A DNA stretch of 21,930 nt from an uncultured Candidatus Rokubacteria bacterium (GTDB lineage: Bacteria; Methylomirabilota; Methylomirabilia; Rokubacteriales; CSP1-6), in assembly GCA_963789955.1 (NCBI GenBank), contig CAWBMV010000028.1:1-21930 (forward strand), written 5' to 3'. This document shows positions 9,240 through 17,743 of the stretch, one piece after another. Position 1 is the first letter of the stretch; every line of letters begins with the position of its first letter. The notes beneath the pieces were generated by a model that did not search any database, had not been told where the DNA came from, and saw nothing but the letters and a program-made list of their open reading frames with translations. A program made the position numbers and the translations under genes.

Positions 9240-10910
9240 TCAGCGAGCGGGAGCGCCTCGCGCCCGCGAGAGCGCCCGTCGAGCGACAGCCGACGCCGGG
9301 TCGAGGCGCACCGCGGATTCCAGATACGGGATCGCCTCGGTCGGCCGACCGAGCTCGATCAACGAAATCCCGAGCTGGGTCAACGCGCCGGCGTTGCGCG
9401 GGTCGTCCCGGCTGGCGCGCTCGAACTCGCGACTGGCTTCGGCCAGCTTCCCCTGCTGCGCGAGCGCCAGCCCGAGCCGGGTGCGCGTCTCGGCGTCCGT
9501 CGGCTCCTTCGCGAGGATGTGCTCGAACTCTGCGGCGCCCTCGACCGGGCGCCCCGCCTTGAGCAGCGCGAGCCCGAGATTGCTCCGGTGGCGGACGTTG
9601 CCGGGCCGGAGCTCCACGACCCGCGCGAAGTGGGCGATGGCGGAGCCGAAGTCGCCGCGGTTGCCGAGGAGCGCTCCCGTTTGGCCGTGGCAGAAGGCGC
9701 AATCGGGATCGACTTCGAGGGCGCGTCGCCAGACCTCCTCGGCGTCGCGCCAGACCGGGAGCTGCTGGACGGTCAGGACCGTGAGCCCGACGATCCAGAT
9801 GAAGCCCGCGAGGACGACACCCCCACGCACGGGACGGCTGATTGGCGCGCTCGAGACCGCGGCGGTGATCGCGGCGCCCACGAGAAGGGCGACGCCGAGG
9901 CAGGAGAGATAGCTGTACCGATCGGCGACGAGCTGCGGGCCGTTGTGGACGATGCCGCTGACGGGCGCGAGGGTGAGCCCGTAGACCAGCCACGCGGCCA
10001 GCGCCGCCGGCCACGATCGCCGCGCGAGCCCCAGCCCGATCGTCAGTCCGACGGCGAAGAGCGCCGGGACCAGGAAGCGCGGGCTCGTCAGCTCGACCCG
10101 CGCGGGCAGCTCGTACATCGGCGAGAGCAGCAGCGGCACCAGGGTCTTCCAGAGATAGAAGACGAGGCTGTAGAGCGCCATCGCCGCGCGCGCCGTGAGC
10201 GGATACGCCGATGACGACGTGAGCCCCACCTTGGCGATCACGACCAGCACCGAGATCACCGCGGCGAGGATCGCCAGACAGAGATACGGGAGCTTCTCCA
10301 GAAGCACTCGCCGCCAGTTCCCGCGCGCTCGTCGCAACGGATAGATATCGAGCACCAGCAGGACGAGCGGCAGCGACATGATCAGCGACTTCGAGAGCAG
10401 GCCGAGCGCGTAGGCGCCGATCGAAGCGAGGAGCCATCGCCGTCGCGGCAGGCCGTCCGTCGCGCACGCCTTCAGATAGGCCAGCACCGTGAGGAGATAG
10501 AACAGCGCCGACAGCACGTCGCGCCGCTCGGTGACCCACGCCACCGACTCCACCCGCAGCGGGTGGAGCGCGAAGAACAGCGCCGTCACGATCGCGCCGA
10601 GTCTGATCGCGCCGGCGCTCGCCGTGGTCAAGCCGAGCCGCAGCAGCCGAAGCGCCAGCAGATAGAACAGCGTGGCGTTGGCCGCGTGCAGCAGAATGTT
10701 CGTCAGGTGATAGCCGAACGCGTTCATGCCCCAGAGCGCGTGGTCGATGCCGAACGTGAGCCACGTCACCGGGATCCAGTGGCCCATGACCGCGCTCGTG
10801 AACGCCCAGCGAATCTGGGCCCAGCCGAGGCCGCGATAGGAGGGGTTGGTCAGGAGATTGCGGTCGTCGTCCCAGAGGATGAAGCCGTACTGAAGCGCGG
10901 GCGAGAACAC
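9240..10910 (-). CDS. TMTC-like GT-C membrane glycosyltransferase with C-terminal TPR repeats (true start probably further upstream)
   Basis: Acidic WDDD loop after TM1, HWIPVTWLT, FALHPLRVESVAWVTERRDVL, LLSKS, ADRYSYL, and several TPR-like helical repeats at the C-terminus. The frame stays open upstream and encodes hydrophobic RLAPLAIAAITVAV. Confidence 0.8.
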   Translation of the reverse strand: MFSPALQYGFILWDDDRNLLTNPSYRGLGWAQIRWAFTSAVMGHWIPVTWLTFGIDHALWGMNAFGYHLTNILLHAANATLFYLLALRLLRLGLTTASAGAIRLGAIVTALFFALHPLRVESVAWVTERRDVLSALFYLLTVLAYLKACATDGLPRRRWLLASIGAYALGLLSKSLIMSLPLVLLVLDIYPLRRARGNWRRVLLEKLPYLCLAILAAVISVLVVIAKVGLTSSSAYPLTARAAMALYSLVFYLWKTLVPLLLSPMYELPARVELTSPRFLVPALFAVGLTIGLGLARRSWPAALAAWLVYGLTLAPVSGIVHNGPQLVADRYSYLSCLGVALLVGAAITAAVSSAPISRPVRGGVVLAGFIWIVGLTVLTVQQLPVWRDAEEVWRRALEVDPDCAFCHGQTGALLGNRGDFGSAIAHFARVVELRPGNVRHRSNLGLALLKAGRPVEGAAEFEHILAKEPTDAETRTRLGLALAQQGKLAEASREFERASRDDPRNAGALTQLGISLIELGRPTEAIPYLESAVRLDPASAVARRALSRARGAPAR

Positions 10911-11015
10911 CGCGACGGTGATCGCCGCGATCGCGAGCGGCGCGAGCCGGCGGGTCAGCGAGTCGAGCTTCGTGGCGCCGATCGTTCCACTATGCCACGA
11001 GGCCCCCGCTGGGCC

Positions 11016-12845
11016 TCAGCGCTTCAGCAGATAGGGCACGTCGGCGACGACGGTGTTCTTCCGAAAGAGCAGCGCGCCCTTGACCAGCAGCGCGGTCTGG
11101 TTGTGCAGGAAGTGCTGCCACCAGTGGCGCGGCAGGAACTCCGGCAGCACGATCGTGACCATCTGGTCGTCGCCGCGCGCCTGGATCTGGTCGAGATAGT
11201 CCAGCAGAGGACGCAGGAGCGAGCGGTACGGCGAGGTCAAGACGACCAGGGGGACGCCGAGCCCCAGCCGGCCCCACTTCTCTTCCAGCCGGCGCGTCCG
11301 CATCGGGATCCGTCTCGACGTACACGGCGCGCACCACCGCGGTCGGGCGCGAGGGTTCGCGCGTACTGCACCGCCCGGACGACGCCGCGGTGCACGTCGC
11401 CGATCAGGACCAGGACGGTGTGCTGGAAGCGCGGCGGACCCTCGAGGCCTTCGAGCGACAGCTCGTGCGCGACCTCCTCGTAGTGGCTGTGCATGATCAC
11501 GAAGCGTGGCGACCAGGATGGGAATGACGATCACGACGATCCACGCGCCCTCGACGAACTTCGTGACCGTGAGGGTCAGCAGCACGACGCCCGTGACGAG
11601 CGCGCCGACGCCGTTGATCCACACGCGCCACTGCCAGCCCTTCTCGCGCAGGCGCAGCCAGCGCCGCACCATGCCACTCTGGGACAGGGTGAACGAGATG
11701 AACACGCCGATCGCGTAGAGCGGCAGCAGCGCGTGCGTGTCGCCCTGGAAGACCACGATCAGGAGGATGGCGAAGCCGCTGAGGATCAGGATGCCGTTGG
11801 AGAACACGAGTCGATCGCCCTGGTTCGAGAATTGGCGCGGCACGAACCGATCGCGCGCGAGGATCGACGAGAGCCTTGGGAAATCGGCGTACGAGGTGTT
11901 GGCGGCCAGGACCAGGATGAGCAAGGTGGACGCCTGAACCAGGTAGTACGGCACGCCGTCGCCCCAGACCCGGTGGGCGATCTTCGACACGACGGTCTCG
12001 TCGCCGCCGGGGATGATGCCGAAGTCGTAGGCGAGATACGTGATGCCGAGAAACATCACGATCGAGATGGCCCCGAGCGCCGTCATGACGGCCTGGGCGT
12101 TGCGTCCCTCGGGCGCCTTGAGCGCCTGCACGCCGTTGGAGACGGCCTCGACCCCGGTCAGCGCGGTGCACCCGGCGGCGTAGCTTCGCAGGAGCAGGAA
12201 CAGGCCCAGCCCCTCGAGGCCCGGCGGATGGGGCTGGTATGGCGCCTCGGGCAGCCAGTTGAAGATCGCGCCGATGAAGCCGTACGCCACCGTGGTGAGA
12301 ATGCTCACGACGAAGAAGTACGTGGGCGCCGCGAACAGCCGGCCGGATTCGCGCACGCCACGAAGATTGCCGAGGGCGATCCCGATCACCGCCAGCACGC
12401 TGAGCACGATGCGGTACGGATAGAGCCAGGAGATGGCGGACGTCAAGGCGGCGATACCCGCGACGACGGAGACCGACACGGTCAACACGTAGTCGACCAG
12501 CAGGGCGGCCGCCGCGATCAGCGCCGGGTACTGCCCGAGGTTGTCTTTCGCGACGAGATACGCGCCGCCTCCCTGCGGGTACGCCGCGACCGTCTGACGA
12601 TACGAGACGACGACGATCGCGAGCAACGCCGCGATGCCCAGCGCGACCGGGAGCGAGTAGCTGAGCGCGGCGGCGCCGCCGAGGGTGAGCACCAGCAGGA
12701 TTTCCTCGGTCGCATAGGCCACCGAGGACAACGGGTCGGAGGCGAACACGGCGAGCGCGACCGCCTTGTTCAGACGCTCGTGGCGCGCTTGAGCGAGCGG
12801 CATCGGTGCGCCGAGCAGCAGGCGCTTGACCAGAACCAGTCGCAT
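11016..12845 (-). CDS. kimA: KimA/YdaO-type APC-superfamily K+ importer (three compensating +1 indels at about 11505, 11348 and 11305)
   Basis: FASDPLSSVAYATEEIL, YPQGGGAY, LLVDYVLTVSVS, TALTGVEAVSNG, LLPLYAIGVF, SPYRSL and HWWQHFLHNQTAL match B. subtilis KimA-type motifs. Confidence 0.85.
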   Translation of the reverse strand: MRLVLVKRLLLGAPMPLAQARHERLNKAVALAVFASDPLSSVAYATEEILLVLTLGGAAALSYSLPVALGIAALLAIVVVSYRQTVAAYPQGGGAYLVAKDNLGQYPALIAAAALLVDYVLTVSVSVVAGIAALTSAISWLYPYRIVLSVLAVIGIALGNLRGVRESGRLFAAPTYFFVVSILTTVAYGFIGAIFNWLPEAPYQPHPPGLEGLGLFLLLRSYAAGCTALTGVEAVSNGVQALKAPEGRNAQAVMTALGAISIVMFLGITYLAYDFGIIPGGDETVVSKIAHRVWGDGVPYYLVQASTLLILVLAANTSYADFPRLSSILARDRFVPRQFSNQGDRLVFSNGILILSGFAILLIVVFQGDTHALLPLYAIGVFISFTLSQSGMVRRWLRLREKGWQWRVWINGVGALVTGVVLLTLTVTKFVEGAWIVVIVIPILVATLRDHAQPLRGGRARAVARRPRGSAALPAHRPGPDRRRAPRRRPGGAVRANPRARPRWCAPCTSRRIPMRTRRLEEKWGRLGLGVPLVVLTSPYRSLLRPLLDYLDQIQARGDDQMVTIVLPEFLPRHWWQHFLHNQTALLVKGALLFRKNTVVADVPYLLKR

Positions 12846-12900
12846 ATCGTCGATCGACTCTACGCCCGGCGGGAGCCGCTCAGATCGCCCGGCCACGATT

Positions 12901-12949
12901 TTTACGAGTTCTTAACGCGCGGACCGCCAGTCTTGACGCGAGTTTGAGG
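12901..12949 (+). promoter_or_regulatory. Four-hexamer direct-repeat box, copy A (putative KdpE/OmpR-family site)
   Basis: TTTACG(12901)-N5-TTAACG(12912)-N15-TTGACG(12933)-N5-TTGAGG(12944). Same geometry as 15786-15834. Confidence 0.65.
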
Positions 12950-12980
12950 CCGCAGGTGGCAAGGTGGCGCTGGTAGCGCG

Positions 12981-13350
12981 ATGTGTGACGTGAATCACCG
13001 TGTCGAGGGGTCGAAGGCGCCCCCGCGCCCGCGCTGGGGCAGGCTCTACCTCCTGGCCGGGCTCATGCTGGGCGGGCTGTGGCTCGTGCAGGCGCTCGTC
13101 TCGGCCGGCGCGGAGCGCACCGCTCTCCAGAGCGGGCTCGTGCTGGCCGGCTTCGCCGCGATGATTCAGTGGACGCGCCGTAATCGCGCCGCCCTCGATC
13201 ACCTGGAGTGGTGCGACTGCGCCAGCTCGCGAATCACCGTCCGCGTGGTCTCGTCCGGTCGCCCGACGCCGGCGCTCGCACGCTCCGCCGAACGGCGATC
13301 GTGGATCGACGCGGAGCCTGCCGAGACGCTGCGAAGAGATCACGCGCTGA
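12981..13350 (+). CDS. Small two-TM hypothetical protein with a WCDC motif (probable indel near 13331; true stop likely TGA 13348-13350)
   Basis: Hydrophobic LYLLAGLMLGGLWLVQALV and LVLAGFAAMIQW, then RRNRAALDHLEWCDCASSRITVRVV. Removing one C gives ...ETLEEITR*, which avoids a ~350-nt overlap with mgtE. Confidence 0.6.
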
Positions 13351-13370
13351 GCGGCACGGGGCGCGCGCGC

Positions 13371-14727
13371 TCAGCTGATCCAGCGAAGAAGGGCGGTCGC
13401 GAGCGACAGGAAGATCGTGACGCCCAGCACGTCCTGCAGGGCGGTCTCGAAGGGACCGGCCGTGATCGCGGGATCGAACCCGAGACGCTTGGAGAGCATG
13501 GGGATCATCGTCCCCGCGAACCCGGACAGGTTGACCGACACGAACATCGAGACGGCCACCACGAACGCGAAGGCCGCCGAGTGCCAGAGCCAGACCGACC
13601 GTCCCGACCACGACCGCGCACACGCCGCCCAGGATGCTCGAGGTCTCGACCTGCCGGCGGAGCGGCTCCCACCAGCGGCTCAGCTGCACCTGGCCGGTCG
13701 CGAGCCCGCGGACGACCATCGTGACCGACTGAAGTCCCGTGTTGCCCGAGATCGCCTGGATCACCGGCATGAACGAGGCGAGCAGGATGACCTTGCCGAG
13801 CGTCTGATCGAAATAGTGGATGACCGCGCCCGCGCCGAGCTCGATGACCAGGGTGGCCATCACCCACGGCAATCGCAAGAACGCGATCTGGCGCGGTGAG
13901 CGCCGCTCGAGCTCGGCCGCATCCGAGCCGGCGATGCGAAAGATGTCCTCCGTCGCCTCCTCGCCCACGATGTCGACCACGTCGTCGGCGGTGATCGTGC
14001 CGACCAGGTGATGGCGCGCGTCGACCACCGCGACGGCCACCAGGTCGTACTTGGCCACCACGCGGGCGACCTCTTCCTGGTCCATGTCGGTCGGCACGCT
14101 GACGACGTTCTCGTCCCGGATCGCCAACACGGACGTCTTGGGATCGGCGATCAGCAAGCGGCGTAGTGGAACGGTGCCCACCAGGTGCCGATGGCTGTCG
14201 ACGACGTAGAGCTCGAAGGCGCGGTCGCGGGAGACCGAGTCGCGGATGTGCTTGATCGCGCCCTCGACCGTGACGTCCTCGCGGACGGCGACGAACTCCG
14301 GCGACATCAACCGGCCGGCCGAGTGCTCGGGATACTCGAGGACCTCCTGGATGTCCTCGGAGTGCTCTTCCTCGACGAGCTCGAGGATCTTCTCGGCCTC
14401 ATCGCGCGGGAGCTCGTTGACGACGTCGGCGGCGTGCTCCGGCGGCATCTCGTCGAGGATGCGCGAGACCTCGGTGTCGTCGAGCGCGCGCACGAGCGTC
14501 AGCAGGGTCGTGTCGTCGAGCGCCGGGAGCACCTCGCCCGCCCGCTCGGCGGAGAGCCGCCGGAAGAGCGCGACCTGCTGCTCGAGCGGCAGCCGCTGGA
14601 TCACCGCGGCGACGTCCGACTGGTGCGCCGCCTCGAGCGCCTGATCGTCGCGGCCCTCCTTGCCGCCCTCGAGCAGGCGTCGCACCGACTCGAGCAGTCG
14701 GTCCTGATCCTGATCCTGATCGCTCAT
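13371..14727 (-). CDS. mgtE: Magnesium transporter MgtE (apparent frameshift near 13590)
   Basis: N-domain, YPEHSAGRLMS, CBS pair, RLPWVM, SGNTGLQS. The C-terminal TMs are in the 13371..13562 frame: LGFDPAITAGPFETALQDVLG, with the conserved TM5 Asp. Confidence 0.92.
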
Positions 14728-14782
14728 GCTGACAGAGTACGCCAGGTTCTCGATTTCTCCCGCACCAGAAGGCCGATGCGCG

Positions 14783-15616
14783 TCAGGTGCCGAGGAACAC
14801 GGGGACCGGGCACGCCCCCAGCACCGCGCGCGTCACCGAACCGGCGAAGAAATCGCGAACGGGATGGTGACCATGGGCGCCCATCACGAGGAGCCGCGGC
14901 CCGCGGCGGCGCACCTCGTCGAGCAGCACTTCGGCCGGCGGCGAGTCCGAAGCGATCGCGTACAGCGCATGCGGGGCATGATGCGCCGTGAGAAACTCGC
15001 CGGCCAGATCGGCGACGGCGGCGGCCTCCGCGCGATCGGAGTGGATCGTGACGACTTCGATGTTTTCGCCGCCGGCAAGCTCGAGCAGCTGGAACAGCTG
15101 GAGCGCTCGAGCCGCCTCGCGGCCGCCGCTGTAGGCCACCATCACGCCTGCCGCGTCCGGCAGCTCCCTCGGGACGACCACGACGGGCCGCCCGCAGGCC
15201 CTGATGACCTCGCCCAACGTCGCGTCGGGCCGCTCTTGTGTCTCGAAGCGAAAATGCGTCTCGCGACCCAGGACCACCGCGTCGCAGCGCTGCGCCTCAC
15301 GCACGATGCGATCGGTCGGGTCGCCGATGTCCTCGAGCACGGTCGCGCTCAGGCCCGCCGCCGCACAGCGCGTCCGGAACCCTGCCAGGAACTCCAGCAG
15401 CCGGCGATGGGCGTCGGCCAGGCGTGCCTCGTCGCGGTGCTTCTTGAAGCCGTAGGCGCCCATCGGAACCGGTTCACCCCGGTCGATCGACGGCTCGTCC
15501 AGGACGCCCAGACCCACGAGCTGTGCGCCGAACCGTGTCGCCCACTCGCAGGCCAGCGCGGACGCCGCCACGCTGTACGGCGAGTCGTCGAGGGCCACCA
15601 GCAGGGACCCCAACAC
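14783..15616 (-). CDS. Universal stress protein with tandem USP domains
   Basis: LLVALDDSPYS...GDPTDRIVREAQRCDAVVLGR, and a second domain VMVAYSGG...LLVMGAHGHHPVRDFFAGSVTRAVL. Start is GTG 15616 (GGGAG upstream) or ATG 15643. Confidence 0.88.
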   Translation of the reverse strand: MLGSLLVALDDSPYSVAASALACEWATRFGAQLVGLGVLDEPSIDRGEPVPMGAYGFKKHRDEARLADAHRRLLEFLAGFRTRCAAAGLSATVLEDIGDPTDRIVREAQRCDAVVLGRETHFRFETQERPDATLGEVIRACGRPVVVVPRELPDAAGVMVAYSGGREAARALQLFQLLELAGGENIEVVTIHSDRAEAAAVADLAGEFLTAHHAPHALYAIASDSPPAEVLLDEVRRRGPRLLVMGAHGHHPVRDFFAGSVTRAVLGACPVPVFLGT

Positions 15617-15701
15617 GTCAGTGCGCTCCCAGATCGACAGCATCCATCACGCGTCTCCCCTCGTATCTTCCACCCTTTTACCCCATTGCAGCGCTGACCG
15701 C

Positions 15702-15750
15702 TCTCAAGAAGCTGAGGAAATTCGGGGCGGCCGCGTAAACAGGACGTCAT
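15702..15750 (-). promoter_or_regulatory. Partial third copy of the hexamer box on the opposite strand, facing USP-mgtE
   Basis: Minus strand reads ATGACG(15750)-N5-TTTACG(15739)...TTGAGA(15707), with the same 11 and 32 bp offsets. The third hexamer is degenerate (TCCTCA). Confidence 0.45.
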
Positions 15751-15785
15751 GCCCCGCGGTGTCCGGATCACAGGAGGCGCCCATT

Positions 15786-15834
15786 TTGACGGCGGTTTAA
15801 CGAGCGGGCCGCGGAGTTTGACGCCGAGTTGAGG
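15786..15834 (+). promoter_or_regulatory. Four-hexamer direct-repeat box, copy B
   Basis: TTGACG(15786)-N5-TTAACG(15797)-N15-TTGACG(15818)-N5-TTGAGG(15829). Confidence 0.65.
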
Positions 15835-15874
15835 GACTTCCGTCATTTCATGGAGTGTGAGGAGGAGGCTCTCC

Positions 15875-16576
15875 ATGAATGTCGACAAGCTCGTGCGCAA
15901 GGACGTCGTCGCCCTTCGGCCTGAAGCGACCATCGAGAGTGCCTGGCAGCAGATGCGCGACCAGAGGGTCGACGCGCTGCCCGTGACGGATGCGACCGGC
16001 CGTCTCCTCGGGCTGTTGACCGAGCACGACTTGCTCGCGCGCCTCGCTCCACGCCGGCCGTCCTGCTGGTGGAGCATCGTCCTCGGCGCGACGGACCGGA
16101 TGGCCGCGGACTACATGAAGGCGGTGGGGAGGACGGCTGGGGACGTCATGGCGGAGGCGCCGCTGACGATCGCGGCCGACGCCTCCATTCAAGAGGCGGC
16201 CGCCTTGATGCGACGAAGCGAGATCGGAGCTCTGCCCGTCGTGGACGACGATGTCTGTATCGGGGTCGTGACGCGGGCCGACCTCCTCGACCATCTGCCG
16301 TGGCCGGTTGTGGCGCGGCCCGGCACCGTCAGTGACGCCGAGCTCGAGCGCTCGATGCGCGAGGGTATCGAACAAGAATCCTGGGCCTCGCGGCATCCGA
16401 TCACCGTGGAAGCGTTCGACGGTGTCATTCGCGTGACCGGCGTCGTGGCCAACCCCGTCGAGCGGTCCGCACTGCTCGCGATGGCCCGCGTGCTCGACGG
16501 CTGCGCCGGAGTCGAGGATCGCCTGATCGTCCTCTCCCGTACGAGCCGTTACCACCAGGCTCCGAGCGCCATCTGA
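15875..16576 (+). CDS. CBS-pair plus BON domain protein
   Basis: ALPVTDATGRLLGLLTEHDLL and ALPVVDDDVCIGVVTRADLL (CBS x2). The C-terminal ITVEAFDGVIRVTGVV...GCAGVEDRL is BON-like. GAGGAGGAGG RBS before the ATG at 15875. Confidence 0.85.
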   Translation: MNVDKLVRKDVVALRPEATIESAWQQMRDQRVDALPVTDATGRLLGLLTEHDLLARLAPRRPSCWWSIVLGATDRMAADYMKAVGRTAGDVMAEAPLTIAADASIQEAAALMRRSEIGALPVVDDDVCIGVVTRADLLDHLPWPVVARPGTVSDAELERSMREGIEQESWASRHPITVEAFDGVIRVTGVVANPVERSALLAMARVLDGCAGVEDRLIVLSRTSRYHQAPSAI

Positions 16577-16594
16577 GCCGGCCCGAGCGTCGGC

Positions 16595-16693
16595 GTGGAC
16601 GATATCCTGCTCAAGCTGCTGGTGGTCATTAGCTCATGTGAGGTCCTGGTGCTCGTGCTCACCTGGTATCTCTGCGACTCGGACGATCAGTGA
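16595..16693 (+). CDS. Candidate 32-aa single-TM small protein
   Basis: GTG start 18 nt after the CBS-BON stop: MDDILLKLLVVISSCEVLVLVLTWYLCDSDDQ*. Most codons end in G/C. The RBS is weak. Confidence 0.45.
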   Translation: MDDILLKLLVVISSCEVLVLVLTWYLCDSDDQ

Positions 16694-16707
16694 TCGTCCC
16701 GTCCGAG
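16678..16707. terminator. Inverted repeat between the convergent CBS-BON/sORF and secF units
   Basis: GGACGATCA-G-TGATCGTCC (16681-16699), with an alternative outer pairing CTCGGACG/CGTCCGAG (16678-16685/16700-16707). No U-tract. Confidence 0.4.
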
Positions 16708-16727
16708 CTCCCGGCCGGTGAGGACCG

Positions 16728-17702
16728 TCACCGCGCTCCGCGTTCCGCGGCTACCTCGCGCCGCGAGCGCCCGGACCCTCCCGGTCCGGCGGGTTTCCGT
16801 CGATCCCGTTCAGACCAGGCCGACCAGTCTACGTCCAGAGCGCCCGCGACGTACACCGTCGAGGTGGTCCCGGTCAGTGACCCCACGAGGATCACGAAGC
16901 CGAAGTCCCGGAGCGATTCGCCGCCAAACAGGAACAGCACGGCGCCCGACATCGCCACGGTCCCGACGGTGAGCACCGTTCGAGAGAGGGTCTGATTCAC
17001 GGCGAGGTTCACCTTCTCGGCGAGCGTCGAGCCCTTCCGCGAGGTCTGGGCCTGGATCTCCCGTAGCCGGTCGTACATCACGATCCGGTCGTTCACGGAA
17101 AATCCGATCACCGTGAGGAGCGCGGCCAGGACGGGCAGCGAGATTTCACGATTCGTCAACGAGAGAGCGCCGACGCAGATGAACACGTCGTGCGCCAGGC
17201 TGACGATCGTCACCACGCCGCCTCGGAAGTCGAACCGCATCCAGATGTAGAGCAAAATCCCGCCGAGAGCCGCCAACACGGCGTAGAGCGCTTGCGTGCG
17301 CAGCTCGGCGCCGATCTGGGGCCCGACGACGTCGACGCGGAGCACCTCGGGCGCCGCCGTCCCGCTCGGATTGAGCGCCTCGATGATCCGTTGGCTCAGC
17401 TCGGTCGTGGTCGTCTGACTCAGGTGCGTGCGGATCAAGACGTCCCGTGGATTGTCGAAGAGCTGGATGATGCTGTCGCCGAGCCCTATCGCATCCAGGC
17501 GCGAACGGATTTCCTCGATGCGAACGGGCTGGGGCATTCGGAGCTCGACCAGCCCTCCCCCGGTGAAGTCGATGTCGTACCGGAGGCCGCCCTTCACCAC
17601 GATCGATGTGAGCCCGATCAGCATGACAGCCAGCGACAGCGCATACGCCCACCGCCGCTTTCCGATGAAGTCATAGGACGTATTCGTGAATATCGTCAGC
17701 AT
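16728..17702 (-). CDS. secF: Protein translocase subunit SecF (stand-alone, no adjacent secD)
   Basis: GLRYDIDFTGG, VVGPQIGAEL, YIWMRF, LAHDV, IGFSVNDRIVMYDRLRE and NQTLSRT. Confidence 0.92.
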   Translation of the reverse strand: MLTIFTNTSYDFIGKRRWAYALSLAVMLIGLTSIVVKGGLRYDIDFTGGGLVELRMPQPVRIEEIRSRLDAIGLGDSIIQLFDNPRDVLIRTHLSQTTTTELSQRIIEALNPSGTAAPEVLRVDVVGPQIGAELRTQALYAVLAALGGILLYIWMRFDFRGGVVTIVSLAHDVFICVGALSLTNREISLPVLAALLTVIGFSVNDRIVMYDRLREIQAQTSRKGSTLAEKVNLAVNQTLSRTVLTVGTVAMSGAVLFLFGGESLRDFGFVILVGSLTGTTSTVYVAGALDVDWSAWSERDRRKPAGPGGSGRSRREVAAERGAR

Positions 17703-17743
17703 CGCGGCCGCTCAACGCAGCGTATGCAGCCCCGGTGATCGCC

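Noticed and set aside
12846..12980. c-di-AMP (ydaO) riboswitch upstream of kimA
   Set aside because: The short region is occupied by the hexamer box, and I see no ydaO consensus elements.
14702..14719. (TCCTGA)3 tandem repeat encoding DQDQDQ at the MgtE N-terminus
   Set aside because: An in-frame 6-mer with only three units, so no phase-variation potential.
14728..14782. M-box (ykoK) Mg2+ riboswitch upstream of mgtE
   Set aside because: Only 55 nt separate USP and mgtE, which is too short.
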